Shown in pieces: positions 1-6,893 of a stretch of DNA of 32,000 nt. Position 1 is the first letter of the stretch. Each line of letters opens with the position of its first letter. The stretch spans positions 360,001 to 392,000 of the forward strand of contig NC_006138.1 of the NCBI RefSeq assembly GCF_000025945.1. The letters are read 5' to 3'. The notes under the pieces were generated by a model. It was not told where the DNA came from and ran no database searches. It saw nothing but the letters and a program-made list of their open reading frames with translations. The stretch comes from Desulfotalea psychrophila LSv54 (GTDB lineage: Bacteria; Desulfobacterota; Desulfobulbia; Desulfobulbales; Desulfocapsaceae). Position numbers and translations under genes: made by a program.

Positions 1-576
1 TATGACCTCCTGCTTCTCTTTTCGCACCCGCTTTTCATGCAAAAATTGCCGATGAACTAACTGCGCATCGACATTTTTTTGTTTTTGCAGAGAGGAGGCT
101 AACTTCTTTTTGATTCTCAAAAGCTCACTGACACTATCGTGAGACATCATATGCACATCCCCATAACACTCGGAGAGGACTGCCCCCGGAATATGGGGGT
201 GAGAGCACACTGCCCAAAAAGCACCGGCGACCTCTCCAGCCTCCAGAGACTTTTGCCAAAGCCTACACAGATCCTCGCTCTCCCTAAGTCTGTGAAAGGA
301 GATAATATACCTCTGATACTTCAAATTAAGAAGTTTCTGCATGGCCACACTTGCCACACATTGGTAATGGGCAAAACGAACAAACCTCGTGTGCAATTCA
401 AAAGGAGAGACAAATTCTCCACCACGAACCTCTCTCTTTTTATTTATCTTAACCAGTTCTGGCTGGGTGATACAGGTACCAATAATGGCACATTGATAGC
501 CATCTGGAACATCCCATAAATTCCGTCCCTTACCGCCAGTACAACGTTGAACCCTTCGCGCCTTTAAGCTTGCCAT
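1..576 (-). CDS. Hypothetical protein, N-terminal 192 codons only (runs off the left edge). Cys-containing domain followed by a Lys/Gln-rich coiled-coil-like segment.
   Basis: Manual reverse-complement translation from ATG 576-574 gives MASLKARRVQRCTGGKGRNLWDVPDGYQCAIIGTCITQPELVKINKK...EVAGAFWAVCSHPHIPGAVLSECYGDVHMMSHDSVSELLRIKKKLASSLQKQKNVDAQ..., with no stop down to position 1. A GAGGAGG ribosome-binding site (RBS) lies at 581-587 (minus sense), 4 nt upstream of the ATG. The ORF is missing from the track because it has no in-window stop. From memory, the CxIIGTC / WAxxxHP / HMxSH pattern resembles N-terminal regions of DUF2325-type proteins; this is unverified. Confidence 0.6.
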   Translation of the reverse strand, partial: MASLKARRVQRCTGGKGRNLWDVPDGYQCAIIGTCITQPELVKINKKREVRGGEFVSPFELHTRFVRFAHYQCVASVAMQKLLNLKYQRYIISFHRLRESEDLCRLWQKSLEAGEVAGAFWAVCSHPHIPGAVLSECYGDVHMMSHDSVSELLRIKKKLASSLQKQKNVDAQLVHRQFLHEKRVRKEKQEVI

Positions 577-1030
577 CCCCCCTCCTCAAAACATTATCAG
601 CCAAGCAATCAATATATTAAACACCCCTAACTTTTACCGTCTTAATATAAAAAAAGCAAATATCTTACCTAAAACAAGGAGGTTTCTCAAAAGAGGCTGA
701 CCAGCTCCACCACGCCAGTCAACAGGACTAGATCAGATGCCAGAACAAGCCCCGGCAGACTCTTCCGTTCATCGGCACCTAGTCAGCCCCATTCTGTTCA
801 TGCCCCCTTAGCCCTTGAGCCTCGGTAAAAATTTGCAAAAGCACTTCACCTGAAGGCCTGCATCGATCCGCAACGGATGAGGGTGAGGTACACGCTTCAC
901 TCTCTTTTTTCAAAGAGGGGTATAAAAAAAGCCCAACAAACCCAAGCAGATCTTTACGACCACCAACGGATCTGGTAAAAGAAATAATAGGGGCTATATT
1001 GCTGTAAGAACGTCTAGTTTCTCCAACTGA

Positions 1031-1373
1031 ACAACGGATCGCTCTGCTCTATTTTTTACACCAAGAGGACGCTATAAGAAGAGTTCTATTGTAGATGATG
1101 ATATTGCTCTGGATGCTGCAGAGAAATTTAAGTAAATGCTCCTCCATGTTGAATTCCTTGTTAGCAGTTCGGGGAAACAGACTCTCTCCTGCCTGAGTAG
1201 CAGAAGTGCTCAGTTGGTGGTAAACGATATCAATATGCCCGGGATGAATGGCCTGGACGAGGACGAACAATTTCAGGACGGCACCCTGCAAGTATCCGGG
1301 GAGCAGAGGCACCTGCAATAAGCGCCAGGACAGACCTGCAAACTCTCTTGCTAAAAGCTACAGTTAACAATAA
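1031..1373 (+). pseudogene. Decayed response-regulator receiver domain (in-frame TAA, probable frameshift, no usable start)
   Basis: One frame reads ...KKSSIVDDDIALDAAEKFK*MLLHVEFLVSSSGKQTLSCLSSRSAQLVVNDINMPGMNGLD... The IVDDD and D-INMPGMNGL motifs are the receiver acidic pocket and phospho-Asp region. A TAA at 1133-1135 interrupts the domain. After MNGL the receiver-like sequence (..APAISARTDLQTLLLKA) continues only in the +1 frame. Confidence 0.5.
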
Positions 1374-1763
1374 CGAAACAACAGAGAGGATAGCGAACGA
1401 GAAGAATTTGCAACCAATAAATTTGTTGAGCAGTGCATCGACATCAAAGGCGTTAACACCGCATACCTCGTTGGCCGGGATGGTTTTCCCCAGAACAGTA
1501 TCACCCGCCAGAGTATCAATACTGAAATGATAGGGGCAATTGTCTCCTCCGGTTTTAGTTCTGCCAAATCCATGGCAAACCAGCTAGGATAGTGAGAACT
1601 TAATACAACCATGTTAGAATATGAAAATAGCCCCGTCAGGACTGCCCCTTTTGCTCGCGAGGCATTTCTCGTTGCCATAGCTGATCGGGAAACAAATTTG
1701 GCTTGATCAAGAATCAGTATCAAGAAAAATACAAAGAGAATAAAACAGGCAGCGGGTCTCTAA
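1374..1763 (+). pseudogene. Decayed Roadblock/LC7 (MglB/CvnB-like) gene with three in-frame stops and no start codon
   Basis: The frame reads EFATNKFVEQCIDIKGVNTAYLVGRDGFPQNSITRQSINTEMIGAIVSSGFSSAKSMANQLG**ELNTTMLEYENSPVRTAPFAREAFLVAIADRETNLA*SRISIKKNTKRIKQAAGL*. This matches the Roadblock/LC7 pattern (pGV..a.lv..DG..i......d.e..aA..s......a...g.......v.e.e........a....L.v.a....nlg). Stops are TAG TGA at 1590-1595 and TGA at 1704-1706. There is no ATG/GTG/TTG after the upstream stop at 1371-1373. Confidence 0.65.
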
Positions 1764-1811
1764 AGGATCTGTAAAAAATATACGTGTTCCAAACACATAA
1801 CAATTAATTAA

Positions 1812-2510
1812 TTGCAAATGAAGATAATTGGACATAGAGGTTCAGCAGGTACGACACCGGAAAACACCCTCCTCTCTTTCGCTGAAGTGATGAAAAGTGG
1901 AGCATACGCCATAGAATTTGATGTACAAAAATGCGCCACAGGCCAGCTCGTTGTCATCCACGATCCACGCGTCGACAGGACAACAAATGGTTCAGGACTT
2001 GTTCGCGAAATGAGCTTAGATGAACTGCGAGCCCTGGACGCAGGAAAAAACGAACAAATCCCCCTTCTAACGGAGGTGCTTGACCTGGTTGCGGGAAGAA
2101 TTAAAGTGAACATCGAGTTGAAGAGCCTTGGTACAGCGGCAAAGACAGCTGAAATACTTGACCAATATGTCATTGATGGTAAATTTACCTACGATCAGTT
2201 TCTTGTCAGCTCCTTTGTCCATCCTGAGTTGATGCTCTTTCAGGCACTCTGCCCGCAGTGTCTTATTGCCCTGCTTATCGCCCATGTCCCGGCCAATCAC
2301 GCCGACACATACGCACAGATGAATATTTGGTCCCTTAACATCAACCTCAATAGTGCCTCTGAGGCATTTGTCCAATCTGCCCATAAAAACAACTTTCAAA
2401 TCTTTGTCTACACGGTCAACCACCCCGATGATTTTTTACGATTGCAACAGATGGGTGTTGATGGCATTTTTACCGATTACCCATCTCGTTTTTGCCAAGA
2501 CAAAAGCTAA
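1812..2510 (+). CDS. Glycerophosphodiester phosphodiesterase (GDPD family, cytoplasmic UgpQ-like)
   Basis: The N-terminus IIGHRGSAGTTPENTLLSFAEVMKSGAYAIEFDVQKCATGQLVVIHDPRVDRTTNGSG carries the HRG..ENT..E.D....DG..V..HD GDPD signature. No signal peptide. The start could instead be ATG 1818. Confidence 0.85.
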   Translation: MQMKIIGHRGSAGTTPENTLLSFAEVMKSGAYAIEFDVQKCATGQLVVIHDPRVDRTTNGSGLVREMSLDELRALDAGKNEQIPLLTEVLDLVAGRIKVNIELKSLGTAAKTAEILDQYVIDGKFTYDQFLVSSFVHPELMLFQALCPQCLIALLIAHVPANHADTYAQMNIWSLNINLNSASEAFVQSAHKNNFQIFVYTVNHPDDFLRLQQMGVDGIFTDYPSRFCQDKS

Positions 2511-2517
2511 CAATACA

Positions 2518-3303
2518 ATGAAAAAATTATCCTACACAAATTCTCACTACAGCTCTCCCTCTCATAACCCGGGAGCTCTCTACAAACTTTTCCCCAGCAC
2601 CTGTTTCTATCTGCGATTTTTAAAAGAGATAATGGTCTCCGCCCATAAGGCCCGGCAAGGGCTTTACACTGGCGAGGCTTGGGTAAACAGTAGTCTTGCC
2701 ATATTGGGTATGTTGGAGAAAATAGGGGTAAGCTTTGACATTTCCGGGATAGAGCACCTACAAAAACAAGACGGGCCAGCGGTAATTATTGGCAACCACA
2801 TGTCCGCCCTGGAGACAGCAATCCTGCCATCTCTTGTCTACCCAAAAAAGCCCGTTACCTTTGTGGTAAAGCAGAGCCTCCTGGACTACCCGGTCTTTAA
2901 ACATGTCGTGGGCGCAAGAAATCCAATAGCCGTAAGCAGAACAAACCCAAGATCAGACCTGAAAACTGTCATGACAGAGGGATGCAAGAGAATAGAAGAG
3001 GGTACCTCTATTATTGTTTTCCCGCAGACAACCCGTTCCCACAGCTTTTCAGCCACGGAGATGAGTTCTATCGGGGTTAAGCTTGCAAAGAAGGCCGGTG
3101 TACCAATAATTCCCCTTGCCCTGCGTACAGACGCCTGGGAAAACGGGAAAAAATTAAAAGATTTTGGCAAAATAAACATCACCAAAAAGGTGTACTTTGC
3201 CTTTGGAAATCCCTTAACAGTGCAGGACAGAGGCACAGAAGAGCAGGAGCATATCTGCAAGTTCATAGAGAACAAACTCCACGAATGGAGCCTCTCTCTA
3301 TAG
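2518..3303 (+). CDS. Lysophospholipid / 1-acyl-sn-glycerol-3-phosphate acyltransferase family (PlsC-like)
   Basis: VIIGNHMSALET (an NHxxxxD/E-type motif I) and IIVFPQTTRS (FPEGTRS-type motif III). I chose ATG 2518 (MKKLSYT...) because the longer track ORF from 2353 overlaps the GDPD gene. Confidence 0.75.
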   Translation: MKKLSYTNSHYSSPSHNPGALYKLFPSTCFYLRFLKEIMVSAHKARQGLYTGEAWVNSSLAILGMLEKIGVSFDISGIEHLQKQDGPAVIIGNHMSALETAILPSLVYPKKPVTFVVKQSLLDYPVFKHVVGARNPIAVSRTNPRSDLKTVMTEGCKRIEEGTSIIVFPQTTRSHSFSATEMSSIGVKLAKKAGVPIIPLALRTDAWENGKKLKDFGKINITKKVYFAFGNPLTVQDRGTEEQEHICKFIENKLHEWSLSL

Positions 3304-3322
3304 GGACCTGCAGAGCAAAAAA

Positions 3323-3350
3323 ATATCTCAGAAGAGATCTTCTGAGATAT
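3323..3350. terminator. Perfect 28-nt palindrome between convergent genes; likely bidirectional terminator
   Basis: atatctcagaagAGATCTtctgagatat is fully self-complementary. It is preceded by an A-run and followed by a T-rich stretch, and sits between the PlsC-like stop (3303) and the minus-strand stop (3356). Confidence 0.65.
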
Positions 3351-3355
3351 CTTAT

Positions 3356-3676
3356 CTACAACTCATCATCGACATCAAGTCCGTAATCTTCCTCTTCCTC
3401 TTCCTCATTTCCCTCATCATGGGTCTCAACTTCTTCCACAACCTCGTCGACTTCTGGCTCATCATCATGACGAACAGCCTTGGGAATTTTAGACTCAGGA
3501 AGAATCAATTCTGTTATTCTAGCAATCTCCCCTTTCAGGTCAGGATCGTGAAAGCATACATCACATCGCTCGGCATGCTGTTCAATAAACGATACCATAC
3601 GAGCTGGCGCCATTGTTTCGTCTTGGACATGTCGATGCCAAGATTTAATCAGACTAATAAGTCGTTCACACTGCAT
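3356..3676 (-). CDS. Small soluble protein with an HxxxCxxC (ZAS/zf-HC2-like) motif and a polyacidic C-terminal tail
   Basis: 106 aa: MQCERLISLIKSWHRHVQDETMAPARMVSFIEQHAERCDVCFHDPDLKGEI...EEVETHDEGNEEEEEEDYGLDVDDEL. The pattern is C3...H34-x3-C38-x2-C41. No transmembrane segment and no obvious RBS. Confidence 0.55.
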   Translation of the reverse strand: MQCERLISLIKSWHRHVQDETMAPARMVSFIEQHAERCDVCFHDPDLKGEIARITELILPESKIPKAVRHDDEPEVDEVVEEVETHDEGNEEEEEEDYGLDVDDEL

Positions 3677-3836
3677 TATATTTTATTTTAGTTAAATTAC
3701 TGTAGGTTGCTAGATATCTCTATCTAACACGGCTTAAAAAAATACCTTAACGATATAATTTTAAGTAAATCTATAAAATGTTGTTTTCAAGGTCAACAAT
3801 TATTAGTATAACAATATTGATTTTAAAAGTTAAGTT

Positions 3837-3934
3837 GGAAGTGGACGGAGCACTGGTGGCTCCCCCGGATTTCAAATCCGGTGTAACGGGTTAATAGCTC
3901 GTTAGGTGGGTTCGATTCCCATGCACTTCCGCCA
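3837..3934 (+). tRNA. selC: tRNA-Sec (selenocysteine, anticodon TCA reading UGA)
   Basis: GGAAGTGG...GCACTTCC-G-CCA acceptor with an encoded CCA. Anticodon stem ccgga/tccgg with loop TT-TCA-AA (anticodon at 3872-3874). Long variable arm (tgtaacgggttaatagctcgttag). T arm gtggg-ttcgatt-cccat. 98 nt, and a close overall resemblance to E. coli selC (GGAAGAUC...UUCAAAUCC...GGUUCGA...CUUCCGCCA). Confidence 0.9.
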
Positions 3935-4049
3935 CAACATTCGTCATGTCCCTCCCCATTATCCTGCATTCCCAGACACCTAAGGTTCTGACACCTAACA
4001 ACACATTCTCATTCAAAAATCTTTATTTATTGCTAAATTTACGAAAACT

Positions 4050-5423
4050 ATGAGCGAGAAAAAAAAACCTGCCATTAACGTAAGCGAAACAATCATCGAA
4101 AGTATTTCCGAAGGTCTTTTCACAGTTGACCACCAACTTAAAATAACGTCATTCAACAGGGCTGCAGAAAAAATCCTTGGTATCTCCAGGCAAGAGGCCA
4201 TAGGTAAGCACTGTTGGGAGATCTTTCAGTCAAACATGTGTGCATTCCACTGTGCCCTGAAACGCACCATAAAAGAAAAAAAATCGTTTACCAACTCATC
4301 TACCTTTATCAGAGACCACAAGCAACAAAAAATTCCAGTTATCGTCTCTACCTCTGTTTTACAAGATGAAGCAGGCAATATTCTAGGGGGCGTCGAAATT
4401 TTTCGCACCAAGGCCACCAGAGAAGAACTGCCAAGAGAAGCAACAGGCAATTTCCATTTGGAAAACATGGTCAGTCGCTCCCCCAAAATGCAAGACCTCT
4501 TCGCCATCCTCAAACAGGTTGCTCAAAGTGACAGTACCGTTCTGGTTGAAGGAGAGACAGGAACAGGCAAGGAACTCCTGGCAAGGGCAATCCACAATCT
4601 TTCCAGTCGAGCAAAACGGCCATTTGTCGCCGTCAACTGCGGCGCCCTCCCAGACACCTTACTGGAATCAGAGCTCTTTGGCTACAAGGCAGGAGCCTTT
4701 ACCGATGCGCGCCACGACAAAGACGGACTCTTTGCCGCAGCTGCAAACGGCACCATTTTTCTTGATGAGATAGGCGACACCAGCCCTGCCTTTCAGGTAC
4801 GCCTCCTTCGAGTTCTCGAAGAGCGAGAATTCCAGCCCCTGGGCAGTACCAAAAAAATAGCAACAAATGCCAGAATTATCACAGCAACCAATAAAGATCT
4901 CAGTCAACTGATCCATAAAGGACTCTTTCGTCAGGATCTTTTTTATCGCATCAACGTCATTATCCTCAAGCTCCCCCCTCTCAGGGAGCGCCGAGAAGAC
5001 ATCCCCTTGCTAATAGAACAAATTATCAGCAAGCTCAACAATATCAAGAATAGACAAATAACAGGCCTTTCTCCCGAGGCAGAAAAGTACCTGCTTTCCC
5101 ATGATTACCCAGGCAATATCAGAGAGTTGGAGAACATCATCGAGCACGCCTTTATCCTCTGTCGCGGCAACACCATTGATTATCCGCATTTCCCTGCCTA
5201 CCTCCAACAGGAGAGTAGACAGGTGACCCTCTCCGCTGACGAGAGCCCCAATAGCTTTGACTGGGCAGAGAAGGAAACTATCCTCAAGGCACTTGAGCAA
5301 AACGGCTATAACCGCCAGGCTGCGGCCGACCATCTCCGAATCCACAAAAGCACCCTCTTCCGCAAAATCAAACGACTCGGTATTAAGCTACCAAATCAAG
5401 ACGGACGTCACCGGAAAAGATAG
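4050..5423 (+). CDS. Sigma-54-dependent transcriptional activator (PAS sensor, AAA+ domain, Fis-type HTH; no receiver domain)
   Basis: PAS-like N-terminus (IIESISEGLFTVDHQLKITSFNRAAEKILG). Walker A GETGTGKELLARAIH. ESELFGY and GAFTDA (a GAFTGA-type sigma-54 contact loop). C-terminal HTH NRQAAADHLRIHKSTLFRKIKRLGI. Confidence 0.9.
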   Translation: MSEKKKPAINVSETIIESISEGLFTVDHQLKITSFNRAAEKILGISRQEAIGKHCWEIFQSNMCAFHCALKRTIKEKKSFTNSSTFIRDHKQQKIPVIVSTSVLQDEAGNILGGVEIFRTKATREELPREATGNFHLENMVSRSPKMQDLFAILKQVAQSDSTVLVEGETGTGKELLARAIHNLSSRAKRPFVAVNCGALPDTLLESELFGYKAGAFTDARHDKDGLFAAAANGTIFLDEIGDTSPAFQVRLLRVLEEREFQPLGSTKKIATNARIITATNKDLSQLIHKGLFRQDLFYRINVIILKLPPLRERREDIPLLIEQIISKLNNIKNRQITGLSPEAEKYLLSHDYPGNIRELENIIEHAFILCRGNTIDYPHFPAYLQQESRQVTLSADESPNSFDWAEKETILKALEQNGYNRQAAADHLRIHKSTLFRKIKRLGIKLPNQDGRHRKR

Positions 5424-5470
5424 TCGCATAGAGTCGCAACACCGCTCGGCGTGCGACCGTAATGGTCGCA
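5423..5470. promoter_or_regulatory. Four GTCGCA/TGCGAC hexamers; candidate upstream activator sequence (UAS) for the adjacent EBP
   Basis: GTCGCA at 5423-5428, 5433-5438 and 5465-5470; TGCGAC at 5452-5457. These form the inverted repeats GTCGCA-N13-TGCGAC and TGCGAC-N7-GTCGCA, about 105-155 nt upstream of the -24/-12 promoter. Confidence 0.4.
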
Positions 5471-5575
5471 AATCTACGCCACTATCTTTCCTAGATGAAA
5501 TGTATACAATTATAAATTGTTCTAAAAACAGACACCTATATCATAGCCCAGCTATTAATAACATATGCACAAAAC

Positions 5576-5590
5576 TGGCACTGCTTTTGC
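5576..5590 (+). promoter_or_regulatory. Sigma-54 (-24/-12) promoter
   Basis: TGGCACtgcttTTGC is an exact match to the TGGCAC-N5-TTGC consensus. It lies 52 nt upstream of ATG 5642 and directly downstream of a sigma-54 EBP gene. Confidence 0.75.
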
Positions 5591-5641
5591 CTATAAGAGA
5601 GTGACAGTTGATTAATCCTTCACTTAATATAGGTACATAAA

Positions 5642-6010
5642 ATGGATATACTTTTACTTGATGGACAAGAACCCTCTTTTCTCCAATTAAAAAAAAGTCT
5701 TGCTAAGAATGAAAAAAATGAGGTGACCTATACCTCTTCCAGCACAGAGGCAAAAAAGATCATAGGTGCCAATAAGGCAGCGGTCGTCCTTATTGCCGAG
5801 AATCTGGACAGCCAATCCGGGCTGGACTTTGCCAAAGAGATCGTTCCCATGAATCCTTTTATTAATTATGCCCTACAATCATCTCTCCCCTCTGAAAAAT
5901 TTCATGATGTAACGGAAGGATATGGCCTCTTTATGCAACTACCCCTCGATCCAGGAGCGGAAGATGCTGAACAGGTGACTCAAATCATCACCAAAATACA
6001 TCAAATTTAA
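5642..6010 (+). CDS. Stand-alone receiver-like (pseudo-receiver) protein
   Basis: MDILLLDGQ...AAVVLIAENLDSQSGLDFAKEIV has a CheY-like layout. However, the position after beta-3 is Glu (LIAE) where the phospho-Asp is expected, only one N-terminal acidic residue is present, and no KP(F) motif is visible (FMQLPLDP). Confidence 0.65.
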   Translation: MDILLLDGQEPSFLQLKKSLAKNEKNEVTYTSSSTEAKKIIGANKAAVVLIAENLDSQSGLDFAKEIVPMNPFINYALQSSLPSEKFHDVTEGYGLFMQLPLDPGAEDAEQVTQIITKIHQI

Positions 6011-6038
6011 AAAAATTGTTCAGTCCCGAGAGAAAACA

Positions 6039-6893
6039 ATGATAATAAGCATCGCCAGCGGCAAAGGTGGTACCGGCAAAACCACAATTTCCACCAACCT
6101 CGCCATAAGCCTTGAAGGTAAGGCCAAGCTTCTTGACTGTGATGTCGAAGAACCCAATGCTCACCTTTTCATCAAACCTGAGATCACTCTACGAGAAGAG
6201 TCCACCGTTTTTGTCCCTGTAATAGATGAATCGCTCTGCAACGGCTGTAAAAAATGTGCCGATATATGCAGATTCAACGCCCTTGCCGTCATTGGCAAGA
6301 AGGTACTCTGCTTCCCCGAACTCTGTCACAGCTGTGAAGGTTGCCTCCTTGTTTGCCCTGAACAGGCGATTTCTGCAGGCACCCGATCCCTTGGCTGGGT
6401 GGAAGAGGGAAAAAGAGAAAATATGGATTTTGTTCAGGGATGCATGCGCATCGGTGAGGCAATGTCACCTCCCCTTATCCGCGATGTCCGTAACAGAATC
6501 AAGGAAGGTGAAATTGCAATCATAGATGCCCCTCCAGGAACATCTTGCCCCGTTATTACCGCCATGAAGGATACCGACTTTGTCCTCTTGGTAACAGAGC
6601 CCACCCCCTTTGGCCTCCACGACCTTACCCTCGCTGTAGAGGCCGTCAAGGCACTTGGTATCCCCTGCGGGCTGATCATCAACCGGGCAAATCTGGGCTA
6701 TGACAAGGTACATGAGTATATAGCCTCGGAACAGATCCCCATCCTCCTGGAAATCCCCTTTGATCGAAAAATTGCTGAAATTTATTCCCAGGGAAAGATT
6801 CTTGTAGACGAATTGCCAGAATGGAAAGAGATTTTCCAGAGTCTTTTCAAAGACATTGTTAATATCATCCAGAAAGAGCAGGTGAAGCAATGA
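6039..6893 (+). CDS. MinD/ParA-family P-loop ATPase with an inserted 2x[4Fe-4S] ferredoxin domain (paralog 1)
   Basis: Deviant Walker A SGKGGTGKTT. Cys clusters CNGCKKCADIC and CHSCEGCLLVCP. Switch-region DAPPGTSCPV. Confidence 0.9.
   Translation: MIISIASGKGGTGKTTISTNLAISLEGKAKLLDCDVEEPNAHLFIKPEITLREESTVFVPVIDESLCNGCKKCADICRFNALAVIGKKVLCFPELCHSCEGCLLVCPEQAISAGTRSLGWVEEGKRENMDFVQGCMRIGEAMSPPLIRDVRNRIKEGEIAIIDAPPGTSCPVITAMKDTDFVLLVTEPTPFGLHDLTLAVEAVKALGIPCGLIINRANLGYDKVHEYIASEQIPILLEIPFDRKIAEIYSQGKILVDELPEWKEIFQSLFKDIVNIIQKEQVKQ

Noticed and set aside
486-501. TGGCACattgaTAGC, a sigma-54-like GG-N10-GC match on the plus strand
   Set aside because: It lies inside the minus-strand CDS and more than 500 nt from the nearest plus-strand reading frame, which is a pseudogene. 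The -12 element is TAGC rather than TTGC. Probably chance.
139-519. 126-aa plus-strand ORF from the track
   Set aside because: It is antisense to a better-supported minus-strand CDS (1-576) that has a strong RBS and conserved-looking motifs. The product is low-complexity and starts at GTG.
1364-1723. 119-aa minus-strand ORF (MILILDQ...)
   Set aside because: It has no family resemblance beyond the first residues. The opposite strand carries a clear Roadblock/LC7 remnant, so this is an antisense artefact.
1784-1796. GTGTTccaAACAC palindrome upstream of the GDPD gene
   Set aside because: The arms are only 5 bp and it does not match a binding site I recognise. Too weak to call.
2353-2517. N-terminal extension of the acyltransferase ORF
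   Set aside because: It overlaps the 3' end of the GDPD gene in another frame. The internal ATG at 2518 follows that stop and gives a normal-length PlsC-like protein.
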